Assembly: GCF_018350175.1 (NCBI RefSeq)
Contig: NC_058368.1
Coordinates: 74,650,001-74,714,000, forward strand
DNA: 64,000 nt
DNA from: Felis catus
Taxonomy: Eukaryota
Direction of reading: 5' to 3'
A program made the translations under genes and the position numbers. Shown here piece after piece: positions 12,633 to 27,119 of this stretch (positions are counted from its first letter, which is position 1; each line of letters starts with the position of its first letter). The notes under the pieces are model-generated. The model saw nothing but the letters and a program-made list of their open reading frames with translations. It searched no databases and was not told the DNA's origin.

Positions 12633-14448
12633 AATCAAGGAATTTTTATCCATATACACACATGGATGTTTTCTCCATAATTACAAAGGTTAACACCTCT
12701 TTCTAAACTGGAGCTTATACCAAATTGAACTTGCGAATTGCACTTCCTTTCACTCTGGAGTCTACCCTGGTTATGCCAACAGGAACAAAATCGTTGTGTA
12801 TTTTAAGACAAAAATTAAAGCCCAACACTGTATGTCTTTCTGTGTTTATTTTTTGGCCTATTTTTCAAAACAATAGAGTCTAATGATTTTTATTTTATAT
12901 CAGTGCTTTTTATTTTGTACCACTCATTCTAAGCAGATCATTACGCTTTTTTAAAAAATAACTCTTGTATAGAGCAGATAGCACTATGACACGCGTACAT
13001 AATTTGATAAGCTGGTTTTGGTCACAAAAAATAACTGACTTTAGTTTCAGTAAGAGTATTTTGCTATATTTATATTGAAATGATGCTGTTTGAAGGGCAT
13101 TCTGAGAAAGGAGATTCATCAATTAATTGCTAGAACTTTGTAGCTATTTCAAAGACACCATACCCAAGATGAAATATCATAATGTAGAATTGTGAAAAAT
13201 AATTAATGGGAAGTCAGGTGTCTCGCCTACTTTGTAAACTCTTCATTTGTCTGTGAGTATTTGTTCCTTAAACGTAAGGTAGATGAGAAACATTCTTATG
13301 TTTTCTCTTTCATCTCTTATTATTTATCTCCTTCCAAAATATTCACTGAAAACATACTGCTCTGCATTATATGCTACACTTAAAGGAATAAACTTAATAG
13401 ATTTTGAGTTATTATGATGTGCTATCTACACAAGTTTTTTTTGAGTCTAGGCCAGTGCGGAAAGATGCTATTTTAACCATCGTTCTTCACATCTCCATTG
13501 GTTTAATGTATATTTCTAAGTTAATACCATTATTACAATAATGAATATGTAGTTTCTGCAAAAGGATGTTATTTTAGTGAAACATACATAGCATACTTGA
13601 CCCTAGAGAAGGAGTAGGTGGTAATGAGGTGTAATCTGTGCCTGACCAGACTACTTATTTCTATATTCGTTGATGGCAATTTTTAGTACTTTGAGCTTTT
13701 GGATGGAAGGGATTTAATTTCAAATCAAGGGAACTTCTCACACCCTTGAAATATTGGCTCATGAAGAAGTTTGTCAGTAGCAATTGTCCAAATTATGCAC
13801 TGTCACTAATTAGCACTTTGTTCATGTAGTGAGGCTCTGAGAAAAATCTTACATTTGCTCCTGCACTTTTCCTGGAGTGGTCTAATACATGTTCTTTAAA
13901 CAAGGGTATATTCAATAGAACATGCTTTGTTGCCTTGAAAAATGGACTATCGGCTCTTTGAGAAGATTCAGGGATCCTGTGGGGAGACTCAAGGAAAATC
14001 CAACAACCATTCATTCCTCAAGGTATAACAAGTGTTAGGTGGAACCATATGGCGTTGCCATTTTTGAAGGTCAAATGGTTAAACATAGACAATTTCTTAC
14101 AGTTCAAGTTATTGGTTTTTGATGTAACAAACCAACTCTTTTTCTGATTTGACAAAATTACTTTTCTGCCAGCCCTGAGACTCAAGGTACATTTTGTTTT
14201 GTACATAAACAGTTCTTTGAGAAAGTAAAAATAATTTCAAAGCAATAGTCAATACAACATCATAAAAATGCGTATTGACTAATGAAACAAAATAAAAGGG
14301 GCAGCAATTTGCGATTCATAAAAATTCTTTTTTAAGTTAAATAAAGGGAATTTCTTTCGTATTTTAGATTTTCTCTCTTTAACTATAAACACATTAATCC
14401 ACAATAAATTCAACTAACAGAATTTTTATTAATAAAGAGCCCTTTTTA

Positions 14449-14671
14449 GGGGCGCCTGGGTGGCTCAGTCGGTTAAGCGTCCGACTTCAGCCAGGTCACG
14501 ATCTCGCGGTCCGTGAGTTCGAGCCCCGCGTCGGGCTCTGGGCTGATGGCTCAGAGCCTGGAGCCTGCTTCTGATTCTGTGTCTCCCTCTCTCTCTGCCC
14601 CTCCCCCATTCGTGCTCTGTCTCTCTCAGTCTCAAAAATAAATAAACATTAAAAAAAATTAAAAAAAAAAG
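14449..14671 (+). mobile_element. Felis-type CanSINE
   Basis: TSD aaagagcccttttt at 14434-14447 and 14672-14685. Confidence 0.95.
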
Positions 14672-14729
14672 AAAGAGCCCTTTTTAAAATGATTTTGTAA
14701 GTCATTAAATCATTAGTGACTTTTAAAAT

Positions 14730-17090
14730 GATCTGAGAGACAACTTTTGGAGATTATGTTTATGACATAGATTGTAGTGATGATTTCATGGACGAATACT
14801 TATTTCCAAATCCGTTGTGCCATAATAAATATATACACATTTTTGCATGTCAATCATACTTCAATAAAATGGTTTAAAAAAATAACCCATGGGGCAAAGA
14901 ATAAGCCAAAATGAAATTAGAAGATATTTTGAAGTGAATGGAAATAGAGTCACAACATAGTAAATTTAAAAGATGCAGCTAAAGCAGTACCTAGAAATTT
15001 AAAGCACCATCACTAATATTAGAAATGAAAACAGATCTTACATCAATGACTTCAAATTCTCCCTTAAGAAACTAGATCCCTTTTTTGCATGTTTATTTAT
15101 TTGGAGAGAGAAACAGGGAGAGCTAGGGAGAGGCAGAGAGAGAGGGAGAGAATTCCAAGCGGCCTCCGCACTGTCAGTGCTAAAAGAGTGGAACTCTTGA
15201 CCAACTGAGCCGCCCAGGCATGCCTCCCTTAATAAATAAGAAAAAGAGAAGCAAACCAAATCAAAAGTAACTGGAAAAATAATAAGGATTGGAACTGGAA
15301 TCGCTCAAATAGAAAACTGAAAAACAATAAATTTGGTTCTTTGAGAATATTAATTAATACACTGATCTAGAAACGGTCATAATTTCTACAGCTTAGATGA
15401 ACTGGTCCATATTCATGAAGGACGCAAACTATCAAATCTCCAAAAGCATATATGATAGTTTCAGTAGCATTGAAAAAAATTTCTCAAAATTTAACATCCA
15501 TTACTAATAAAAACACTACACAAACTAGAAATTAAAGTCAATTAGTTTCCTTGTCCCATAAATGGCATCCGAAAAATCTCTATACCTAAAATCATACACA
15601 AGAATGAAAAACTAAATGCTTTCTATGTAAGATCAGGAACAAACTGAAAACATCCACTTCTCCATATCTTCCAGCATTGTATTGGGAGTCTAGTTAGTGA
15701 AATAAGGCACAAAAATGAAATAAAAGCTATCCAGATTGGAAATGAAGAAATAAAACTCTCTCTATTCACAGAATATGATCATCTGTGTAGGAAATCTGAT
15801 GAAATCTACACAACCCTTCCAGAACCAAAAGGTGATTTCAGCAAGATTAGAAGGTATAAGATCAATATGCGAAAAACCTAATTGCATTTCTATATATAAG
15901 CAATAAGCGATCAAATATGTAAATTAAAAGTAGAATTTAAAATACCGTCAAATTATATAATATTTAGGGACCACCCTGACGACAGATGGACGAGTGATCT
16001 ACCTTGAAATCTAAACAACATTGAGAATAGAAATTAAAGTTGTAAATAAATGTAGAAATATATTGTGCTAACAGATCAAGAAAGAATATTGTTAATTTTG
16101 CCCCCAATTATCTATAGCTTCAGTGTCATCCCAATCAAAATTCTAGACACATTTTGGGAAAACTAGCAAGCTTCTTCTAAAATGCAGGTTAAAATGTAAC
16201 TAACCGTGTGTGGTCAAAGCATTTGATTATGAAGAGTGAAATTTGAGCATTGGTGAGGCCTGACTTCAGGACTACTATAAGCTACAATAATAACTAGCAT
16301 TAGATATTAGTGTCAAGAAAGACAAATAAGTAATATAAAATTTGATTTTGGGCAAATACAAAAGAGCAATATAGTGGATAATCTTTTTCAAAACACAAAG
16401 AACGTAAAATTGCATCCAAGCCATGTACAGGTACAAGGACAGGTACAGGGACAGGCACAGGGACACACATCATCTCAAGAAAATTCAAAGAATTAAATAT
16501 AAAGCCTAAAACTTCAACATTTCTATAGGAAGAAAATCTCTAGGACTTTTAGTTAGGCAAAAATTTCTTAGCTGTTATACTAAAAAAAGCACGATCCATA
16601 AGAGAGCGTATTGATAAACTGAACTGCATTAAATTTAAGGATTTCTACATTGAAGAGTATAAAAAGACAATGTGTAGACTGGGAGAACTTTTGCAAAAAA
16701 AAAAAAATGTCTAGTAAAGGGCTTTTCCTCTCCAGGAATATGCAAGGAATTCTCCAAAATACAATACAAAGAAAGCAAATAATTCAATAAAAATAAATGG
16801 TAAGAGATTCAAACACTTCCTCAAAATATCTGGATGACGTATTAGCAAATGTAAAGAATGTTCTGGAGTGATGGAAATTTTCTGTGTTTATATATACACA
16901 TTTGAGGAGCTATAATAAAAAGTGAATGTGGGATGTGGACTATAAGTGACTACGTAATCAAACAGGAATGGGAGAATGTTGACGGTTGTCTAATGGTGAC
17001 AGATCAATGGAGGTCTAGGTATACTATTCTGTTTACTTGGTATATTTGGAAAGCTTTTGTGTTTAATAAAGGAAAACGAACAAATAAACC
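14730..17090 (+). mobile_element. Degraded L1: ORF2 remnants flanked by L1M 3'-end fragments
   Basis: A-rich ORF2-like stretches (gatgcagctaaagcagtac; aaaactctctctattcacagaatatgatc near the RT FADD region); many stops. Confidence 0.8.
15079..15225 (-). mobile_element. Internally deleted CanSINE inside L1
   Basis: Tail and head present, middle missing; degenerate TSD cccttaa.aaa..aga. Confidence 0.8.
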
Positions 17091-18220
17091 AAAAAACAGA
17101 ATTGAGTATGCCTTCCCCTGGTCTATAGCACTGGACCACATACTTCTTGACGATTTTTGACAAGGGCCTACACTCTTAGATTGTAAACCACTGCTTTTAA
17201 AAAAATCTTGGCTTAATTTTTCTCTCTCTAGCAAGAAAGTATAATAATTACATGTATTTGATATTTAATTAAATTGTACATACTTTAATCACATCCTCAT
17301 AATTAAATATATTTTCTATTATTTTAAACAAACGCAGATCTCTCCATCTATCTAGATACTTTACTATGCTCTCTCTTTGCAAATAAATTTGAGGCAGTTA
17401 GAAAATCTATTCTTCCTCTCTTTATCCCAATCCAATTCCCAAGAGTAAAATTTTGCTGAACTGGTTTATTAGTTTTGGACTCTACTGAGGTTTTCCTTGC
17501 AGAATGTTTCTTTAAAAAAAATCCTACTTAGTACTTGTCTAACAAATTCCATTCATTCTATTTATTATTCATTTTATATTAATGTATATTATAGAAATAT
17601 TATCTATACAGAAATATTATACAGGATATAAATACAGTTTTATCTCTATTTTATTGCAAATGAACTTAACTAATTACAATCAACAAAAACACTCCATATA
17701 TTTGCTTTATTCGTGTGTGGTTCATAATTTGAAATTCTACCTCTCTAGAAACATTCCCCTCAGATCACCAACCCTTAATATTTATAATCTATTTATTATA
17801 CCACACGTATAAATGTTTCCTAATTTAGTAATTTAATTGTATATTGCTATTTCAAAAATGTTAATTGGATGCTTTTAAAAGACATTCTATATTGTAACCC
17901 AAAATGGAAAAGAAAATATTTTTTTCAGAAATTATATCGGTGAAAAAAAAAGTGTGACTTTTACTGTGAAAATTCTATCCATAGTCTGAGTTTCTTCATT
18001 GTCTTAGACTATCACAAGAAAAATTATTGATTGGCAACAAAACAAACTAGGCAAATGATCTTGGTTATTATTTAAGGCGGTAGACAGCACACAGCTCCTC
18101 CAACTCTCCGAAGTTTAAGTTCATCAGATGTTTAATGAGTTATGAAAGAAATCATTAAGTGAGAAGAAAGGAAGTATTGAGGATTATAGTACAGAGTTTT
18201 TGGAGTTAAGAAATATATAG

Positions 18221-18222
<2 letters not shown>

Positions 18223-18260
<38 letters not shown>
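18223..18260. repeat. (TG)n microsatellite
   Basis: Seen directly. Confidence 0.95.
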
Positions 18261-18262
<2 letters not shown>

Positions 18263-18994
18263 CGATCATGCTTTACTTTGTGAAGCAGATACTCAGTGAC
18301 CATTTATCCTTGTAGTATGCTCTTGTATGAAGACAAAATAAAGACTTTACTTGGCACACTTCTTGCTTTATATAAATCATGTCACAATTAAATATGTTTT
18401 GAGATCCTTTGTTGGAAAGATTCTATATGAAAATAAATGGGTTTTATTTGCAACTTCAAAAGCAATTTTCACTAATGAGACTCTTTAAATTCATATCTGT
18501 GCCTACTTACTGCACTTGGGAACTTTAAAATTGCATTTATAGACAGTGCAAGTATATAAAAATAGAAGTCAATAGGAAAGAACATTAATTAAATTTCCCA
18601 ATAGTGTAGATACATTTTATTCATATTTGTGTACATCGTTTTAGTCTTTGGAAAATGTAATGTTTATAATTTTCTGTGGAGAGGGTGAAGGAAAATCTAT
18701 ATTATAAAATAATACAGAAAATACTATTTCTTTTCATATTATAATAAACCATTTAACACGAAAAAGTTCTAATGTCGTTATGACAACCAATTGTCCAAAA
18801 TTGTAACATATATTTATTTCCATGTTTGATTTTATCTTCGCTAAGGCAACATTAGGATGATAATTTATTTTTTAATGTATCTCTCCTTTCCCAGTTCATT
18901 TCTTGTACCACATGTGCCCCTAAGAAGGAGAAAATACCTTGGTGTCTATAATTGACTGTTGCAGGAATTTGGGAATTGTAGACAGCATCTACTA

Positions 18995-19160
18995 CGGAGC
19001 TAAAAATCAGCAGACCAAGGCCCTCCTGACTGCCACAACTCAGCTGTACAATCACAAAAGAAGTTAAACTCTCAGGGGCCTCACATATCTCTTGTATAAA
19101 ATGGCACATTTGGAAAAAATGATCCTTAAGGTCATTGCCAGATCTAATACACTCTGATTA
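18995..19160 (+). mobile_element. MIR fragment
   Basis: gttaaactctcaggggcctcacatatctcttgtataaaatgg...gatccttaaggtc...ctctgatt. Confidence 0.6.
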
Positions 19161-19449
19161 AATCCCAGTCTGAGGGTAACAAAAACACATGTGGAGGCAA
19201 CAAGGCTAAAGGGACTTTGCAAGCTACACACATCTCACCAGGGCTCCTAGAACAAGAACAAGAATAATAATACTCATGTCTTGTTTCAGTGTTGCTCAAA
19301 CATTGTTTCTCCTTTGGGTCACTTGAAAGGTGCAAAATGCCCTCCTTAGCAATCTTAGGTGACACGAGAAAGATTGTTTCCCACTCTCTCAAGTATTTCA
19401 TTGTCTCTTTTCTTCCCAAATTCAAAAAAAAAAAAAAAAAAAAGAAATC

Positions 19450-20560
19450 CAACAACCATTTTCCCATCTCTCACTCACAACTGATAACCTTGCTTCTGAA
19501 TTCACTGGGATACCGACAGCAATCTTCTAGGAACTCTGTTAATATTTTACCCTTCAAACTCCAAACCTTCCTCACTCTTTGCCCATATAGGTCGTTGTGC
19601 CCACAAAGGTACAATGGAAACTACATCTCCTTTGGAAAAAATTCCATCTTTCCACTTCCACTAGAGATCTTTTCTTATCTGATTTGCTTACAGCTCTTTC
19701 AGTTTTTGCCTTAGTATTCTACTGGGTGTGATTTAAAACACTTACCAAATAATTACGACACAATCACACGTCATAAGAGTGGACACCAAACACTAAATAT
19801 CAGACCTACTCCTTCGTATAATCAATTCCTCTCTCTCATTCCACATTTTCTATCTGCAAACTCTCCATGTACTCATTCTTTTCTGTGGTTTCAAACAGCC
19901 TCCATACATTGATGATTACCAAATATATATCTCTGACATTTATCCTTCCTCTAAACTCTGGAAGCGTATATCCTTTCTGACATCTCCACTTGGGTGTTTC
20001 ACATAAATGTCAAATGTAACACGTCAAAATAGACCTCTTGTTCTCCTGTTCTGGTTATGTCCCTCTCACATCCTTTCTAATCTCAGTAAATATTATTATG
20101 ATGTAGTCAATTTCTTAAACCAAAAATAGGTACGTCAAGCTCTTCTTCTCATTCTCCATGTCCAATCTATCAACAAATATGGCCAAGTCTTCCCCCCCCC
20201 ACATATTTTCAGTTTTCATCCACCCATCTCATTCTTCAATGCCGTATGCACAATCACTTTTCATTCTCACTGGCGTATTGACTAGCTCCTTCTTATTCCA
20301 CACATCCTATCTCATATCTTATCTGCTTAGAACAGTATTCCATGAGTACCCTGTTTGAAGTCACTCCACCCCACCGAACACCAAGTCTACACAATTAGTT
20401 ACTCCTTCTCACACAGCCAGGGGCACGCGATTACACTTTTTACATCAGTAACTCTCAGCTTTATTCATGTGCTTGTCTATTGCCTATATCCACCTTCTAG
20501 AATGTCAGCTATAGGAAAGTGAGTATCTAATCAATGAAAAGTTACTTAACCAATCCATAA
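19450..20560 (+). mobile_element. L2 LINE fragment
   Basis: C/T-rich; YADD-region remnant cattgatgattaccaaatatatatctc; gacatctccacttgggtgt; ctagaatgtcagct. Confidence 0.7.
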
Positions 20561-21045
20561 TAATGACTAATTTCTAGAGAACTATCTGCAGGAGTGGAGA
20601 ACTAGCCCTCTACCTTCTGGAAAAGTCAATTACTTTATACACAAAATATGCTTTAAATTTTTAAAATCAGTGCATTATTACTATTGTTATTATTATACAC
20701 CTCATCAGAAAAAAAAATCCCTCTGTCAACAAGATAAAATACTACTCTATAAAAATAGACAAAATCAATGCGAGAAAAGTTAAGCAACTTTGAAAAATCA
20801 TACAATAAGCTTTGGTTTGAACAATGCCAGAATTTAGGTCTTTGATCCTTCTTCCACAGTCATTGTTTACTCAAAACACTTATATTCTCAAAAGAAAAAG
20901 AAAAAAAACTGAAGATGAATTGTGAAACATATAATATATGTGAAGGTAAAATCATTTTCCTGCAATAAACATATTAGGTATAATTTTAGTATGTCCATCA
21001 ATTGCACAAGATAATGTATGTATTGAATATGTCTACTATTTTCTT

Positions 21046-21236
21046 TTTTTAATGTTTTATTTCTTTATTTTGAGAGAGAGCGAGAGAGACAGAGAGAAAG
21101 GGAGAGAGAATCCCAAGCAGGTTCCACACTGCCAGTGCAGAGCTCGATGCAGGGCTCGAACTCACCAACCATGAGATCATGACCTGTACCGAAAAAAGAG
21201 TCGGAAGCTCAGCCTACTCCTCCATGCAGGCATCTC
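21046..21236 (-). mobile_element. Older CanSINE
   Basis: TSD tgtct(a/g)ct(a/g)ttttctt. Confidence 0.85.
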
Positions 21237-21359
21237 TGTCTGCTGTTTTCTTACTGACATAAAATCAGTTCTATAAAAAGATCTACACTATATTATTTTA
21301 AATGATATTTATGGGAAATGTATAGATTTTTTTTAAAGTAATAATGAAAAAATGAAGTC

Positions 21360-21547
21360 TTTTTTTATGTTTATTTATGTTGAGAGAGAGGGGAGGAGCA
21401 GGAGAGGGGAGAGAGAAAATCCCTAGCAGGCTCCACACTGTCAGTTTCCAAGCCTGCTGTGGGGCCCAAATCCACAAATCATGAGATCATGACCTGAGCC
21501 CAAATCAAGAATTAGATGCTTAACCAACCGAGCCATCCAGGCATCCC
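21360..21547 (-). mobile_element. Older CanSINE
   Basis: SINE body in reverse orientation. Confidence 0.85.
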
Positions 21548-21614
21548 AGAAAAGAAGTTTTAATGCTTTTTTCTACCCAAAGAAATACATAACAGAAAAA
21601 ATTAAGGTCTCAAA

Positions 21615-21730
21615 GGGTGTCTGGCTGGCTGTGTTGGTAGGGCATGAGACTCTTGATCTCGGGATTATGAGTTCAAGCCCCACGGTGGGTGTACAGATTA
21701 CTTACAAAACAATAAAAAAAAATCTTCAAA
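21615..21730 (+). mobile_element. Short tRNA-Lys-like CanSINE lacking the (CT)n tract
   Basis: ggctggctg..ttggtagggcatgagactcttgatctcggg...gagttcaagccccacggtgggtgt followed by an A tail. Confidence 0.8.
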
Positions 21731-22045
21731 AAATAGGGTATCATGATTTAAGTTATATATGATTTTATGACATTTAAACATAAGTAAGTAAAGACTATGT
21801 AAGATATAACAAGAGACCATCAACCCTAAAGTGACTTTAGAATTGCATGTCAGTCAAGGTCTTAAGGCAAGAGTTAAGTTTAGTAATAATAATAATAATA
21901 ATAAAAAGTATCTTACTCCAAAGGAAAGGAACTAGAGATGCCATGTGTGGCAAAAAACTGCTGAAAGATGTAACAATGAACATAATACATAATCATAAAT
22001 CAAGGGAGGCAGTGCTGCAGAAAAGAATATTAAAGAATGTTCATA

Positions 22046-22222
22046 GGGGTGCACCTGGGTGGCTCAGTTGGTTAAGGGCTGGACTCCTGATTTCGAGTCT
22101 GGTCATGATCTCATGGTTCTGAGTTTGTGCCCCACATTGGGCTCTGCTTGGGATTCTCTCTCTACCTCTCTGTCTGCCCCTCCCGCACTCTCCCTCTCCC
22201 TCAAAATAAATAAACTTAAAAA
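22046..22222 (+). mobile_element. CanSINE (internally deleted)
   Basis: TSD tgttcata. Confidence 0.85.
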
Positions 22223-23409
22223 AGTGTTCATAGGGATATGGTCAATGTAGGAGAAAGCCATCATGATTAAGCAGAGACCAATTATATTGAACAACATAAA
22301 GCAGCCCTTTGCTTTTAAGCACTAAAAATAGAGTTTTGCTACCTTAATTTCCATGATCTATTCACTGACACGACACAATGTTATCACAGAATGGTCAAAT
22401 TTACTTAGGTTTTTAAATAGAGGAAGAGTTTGTAGGAATTATTTCACTTGGAAAACACTGTCCCATGCTTTGGTTGTGAACTGTGCTCAGTATTAGAACA
22501 ATTAGGGAGAAAAGGGTGCTGCTGATGGACTTCTAAAGGAATATTTGTTAAAATTAGTATATAAAAGATAGTTGAGAGATTTTATAAAACTGCCCTCTTG
22601 GGGCCACTGCTGTGGAGAAGCGAGGCTCTGTCTGTGAGCTCTGTGAAAGTCACATCCGCCCGGCAGTGTGAGTGAGCAGACCTGGGCCCCGGTTCACGTA
22701 CATCACCCGCTGCCCTGGTGGCCACCTGTTCATCTCCACGACCTTCACTTGGTGCGGTAAGTGCTTTAGTACAGATAGTAGGGGTGGAAGTGGAGGGAAG
22801 AATATCCTTTTTTGCCACACCATCTTACATTCATTGAGTAAGCTCTCCCCTGGAAAAGGTCCCCAAGGTCAAAAATGAGGAGAGTTAGAAGAGTCTCTTG
22901 GAGCGTAATTGTAATTCATTGTGGTAACGTCTGTCCATAGAACCCAACAATCAATATTGGGGACTTCATCATATTAAGCAGACAAAGCTTCTGTGCAAAC
23001 GTAGAAGTACATAATGGATATTTGGGGAAAATACAACAGATCAATGCAACTTCAATGCATAGCCATGTGTCCGTCAAAAAAAAGGCGGGGGAGGAAATGC
23101 CCATGTGTCAAAAACAAAGCTGAATTCATAATGAGAACTCTCCCTAGGCATTTCCACCAAGGAGGTCATGAGAAATTTGCAGAATAAAAATAACATAGAC
23201 GTCTTCAACTTTTGAAGCTGGAGCTCTAATTCCTGTGGGTATGGCCTGCCTTGTGCAAAGGTGTGCAAATCCTGACGTGCATCAGGCTAGAAGATGTGCG
23301 TAGAGGTTTGTTATCTGAAATAGGAATTATAAAAATTGTTCTCATCAGGCCTGAAAGGTTTTCTGTCCACTTGTATAATACTTCAGGCCCAGAACCTAAA
23401 CGTGACGGT

Positions 23410-23650
23410 TCGGGACTACTGCAGCCATATTGGGTTACGGGTTCCATATCAACTCCTTGAATATAGAAGATAGTAGTAAAATAGCAGAATTGATAGAAGG
23501 AGTAAGTTTCCCTAATTACCTGATGGAGTACCCATTCTAGCTATGCACTGCCATTTCTGGAACTCTTACTTGTGAGAATAAACACATATGTTTAAGGAAA
23601 TGAAGGTAGGTCTGTGCTACTAGAAGCCAGGAGTGATTGCCAACTGATAA
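23410..23650 (+). mobile_element. Old MLT1 LTR 3' part
   Basis: ctgcagccatatt...ctggaactcttacttgtgagaataaac...ctgtgctactagaagcc...aactgata. Confidence 0.55.
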
Positions 23651-23778
23651 ACTGATCCCAAACCAAAAATTTAGTCTCAACCATAATGAGAAGATATGAG
23701 TACATCTCTCCAAAGGGTAGTCCTTAATTATTTACGGGCTGACTGATCATATGCGGTCTCTTTTAAAAACAAGGTATG

Positions 23779-24020
23779 ATGTGGCGCCTGAGTGGCTCAG
23801 TCGGTTGAGCATCGGACTTCGGCTCAGGTCATGATCTTGACGTTGATGAGTTCGAGCCCCACGTCTGGCTCTGTGCTGACAACTCAGAGCCTGGAGCCTG
23901 CTTTGGTATCTGTGTCTCCCTCTCTCTCTGCCCCTCCGCTGGTCATGCTCTGTCTCTCTCTGTCTCAAAAATAAATAAACATTAGAAAAAAAAATTTAAT
24001 TAAAAAAATAAAAATAAAAA
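23779..24020 (+). mobile_element. CanSINE
   Basis: TSD aaaaa(c/t)aaggtatg. Confidence 0.9.
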
Positions 24021-25014
24021 TAAAAATAAGGTATGTTAACTTAAAAACCAAAGTATTTTGAACAATACTTAATAAACTATATAGGATAGTATCAGATTGA
24101 TTTTTCCTAAGTTGTGAAAAAGTATTTTAGTTACTGATACAGGCTTTGGAAGTAGACACAGATATTGAGAAAGATGAAACTGCAAAAGGAACGATAAAAG
24201 ATTGTCTTTAAATCATGACAGCTGAAAAAGCCATCTCAGTTCCCATTTTAGAAGAAGTATTTTAGGCGTCAAACGCGGCACACAAAATGGGTTGAAGGAA
24301 ATAAGTGACATAATAATAGATCGAGCCTAAAACAGCAGTCAGTGATTTTTGTGGAGTTTACTTTCATCTTACTGTTAATTATATAATAAAGCGAAAAAAC
24401 CCAAATGGCGTGTCTTGTGGTTTATGTCACAGACTGTAAATCTGTGAAAAGGTTGAGAGTGAACACTAAACACAGTTTCTGTTTTTGCGTTTCATTTTCC
24501 AATACTCATCGGACGATGACCTCTATTTCTGTTCGGAAAGGAATTTTGTGTTAGCGAGACCGATAACCTACACTGCTGGAGTCTAATGCTTCGGATTTAC
24601 TGTCATTTCACATTTCCCTAGTGATTCACTTTCTCATCACGTCAATATTCACGAAGTACCTACCATGGGCCATGTAATCTGCCTGATGCCTGGAACCATG
24701 GCAGCCTCTGAACGAAGGTTAAAGGCTGTAGGTCAGTAGAGGCCTCTGGGAAGTGGACCTAGTTGTGGGCAGTTTGTCATTAGAGACGTGTGGCGATTTT
24801 GCGGCAAGTAGGCCTTGAGTAAATCTCAGATGGGACTGACTCGGTTGCTATCTTGTTGCTATTTTGGTTGCTCGTACGCCAAGTCACACACGCAGTTGAA
24901 GATCCCGGAAGAGACATTTTGGTTAATTCAGATGCGATTACTAATAAATGGAGATCCAGTGTATTTTAAAGTAAGGGGGTGGGCGTGTTTTATAGAAAAG
25001 GCCTGGGGACAACT

Positions 25015-25015
25015 T

Positions 25016-25058
<43 letters not shown>

Positions 25059-25062
25059 TTTT
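25015..25062. repeat. (TTTA)n microsatellite
   Basis: Seen directly. Confidence 0.95.
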
Positions 25063-27119
25063 AAGAGCTGAGAAACTTAAGGATCAAATAAATTAAAGGA
25101 CTTCTCACCAGGCCAATCAGTAAAAAAAACAGACCAGAACCGGCCCCATGGCTCCCGAGTGCACCAGAAGGCTCTCTCTCTGCTGGATGACAGCTGGTCA
25201 ACCTGGCCCATTTGATAGGCCAGCAAAGCTACCGCTGTGCAGTTATTGACTGAAAACCTTCCCATTGCCTGCGCCCTCCCCATAAAGATCAACATACCAA
25301 AAGACTAATGTGAATGGAACACTTCATAGGAGAATATCAAGTTTCTCATTAAAGAAACAGTACACATGTATATTCTTCCCTAAAACATCTGCTTGTCATT
25401 GTGTAGCCATGTGCTAAATGCAAAGCAAAATTTGGATCACAATTGCAGCTACGTGCCTGTAAAACTCTTATCGTCTAGAAGGACCAAAAGCTATACAAAT
25501 AGTAATTAACAGAACGTAGAATGAATGGCTGGCCCCACAAGAATCTCAGAAAATTAACCAATAATTTGGGAACAACATTGAAACATATTCTTATGATTTA
25601 TAACCCTATATTTAACAAAGAAAAATAAAATTTAAATGAATTACTATAGGCAACATGAGAAGACTCAGCGTATAAGCCACAAACTTATGTTTTTAAGACA
25701 TATGGAATATAATATATATAACATTAATTTTAAGTAACTAGAAGTTAAGTTTAGTGGAATTTTTTTTTCTACTTATATGGGTGAATGATTCAGGGGTTCC
25801 TAATGCTGAACTTTTTGCCTTTTAACTTTTAGTATTCTAATCCTTTGGCCAAAATGAACAAGAGAGTCATTATGCAGAATACGTAATAAACAATGGATTT
25901 GGGAGGGGGACCCTGAGCTCATACCACAAAACTGAAGATAGAACATCAGCAATAATATGGAATAAAACAAAGGTTCTAGAAATAGAAACCTACACATCGA
26001 TCCCCTTTTAGGAGAGGACAACATTATAGACCACAAAGAATATGGAGGAAATTAACAGGGGCAAAGAAGAAAATACAACTAAAAATTCTACATTGATAGC
26101 CACAAATCTGGGGAGAAAGATCAAGAATGCCAGAGGGTCACAGAACTGTAATATATTCACCTTCCCACTCGTATACTATTTCTTCCACCACAGAGAAAAA
26201 AATCACTGAGAAATCCAAGTGAGAAATGGTTCCAGCTGAAATTCCACTCACCACTCAAGGCGGTATTATGGACTTGGGTTGCAAGCAGAAAGAAAAATGG
26301 TATACTGAGTGTAGTCATTTGCTGGGTGTCTATGGACAGAGGATATTTGAGGATAAACACAGGCAAGTCAAAGTACAAGCAAACAAACAAAAAATCTTCT
26401 TATTAAAGTAAACTATAAAGCGGAAGAAACACTAGGATTTCACGCGAGCATCACCCGTGGTGCATTCCTTATTAGTCAGGACATTCCCAACCTGATAGTA
26501 TGGCCCCAGGGCAAGATTTTTAATAACATCTACTACAGAAGACACATTTATGGGTTCCCCAGGCTGTAGGTACCTTTATCACCTTAGATACCCGAAGGGC
26601 TGAAAAGAAAAATTCACGTCTTTGACATTGGCCAACCTCGACTAAATGTTGAGGTGAACAACTGGCCCAAACAACAAAATCCCAACAACAAAAATCCCAA
26701 CTGCTTGATATTTACAAAACGAATCCCTTCTTGATGAGAAATGGTGACATTGAGGATGGCCATGTCTTACAAGGTGGTAGGCATGGTCTCACAATTTTTT
26801 GTAGACTTTATTCATCCACTGCTCTCACCCACACACTGAGGTCAGCATTTTTAAATACCTTCCTTTTTCTAATTGAGACAATTGAGGCATCGAGAGGTAG
26901 AATATCTTATGAAAGGTCAGGAAGACCCAGAAAGTAGAGAACCAGGACTAGAACAGAGAGTTACAGAGGATCTAGATGAATACAAATAATTGTGTGAGAA
27001 TAATTTGAACAGTTTTGCTCAATGATGTCGGATCCTTCCTCGTTCTAGAACATATAAGGCACACTCTTGACAAAAGGGTTTGGCTCTCACCATACCCTCT
27101 GTGAGAAAAGTTTTCCACC

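Noticed and set aside
14885..16850. Reverse-transcriptase-like coding remnants
   Set aside because: Ordinary decayed L1 ORF2 with numerous stops and deletions; not a novel system.
21615..21730. tRNA-Lys-like sequence
   Set aside because: Diverged stems, SINE-type tail and A-run; a short CanSINE rather than a tRNA gene.
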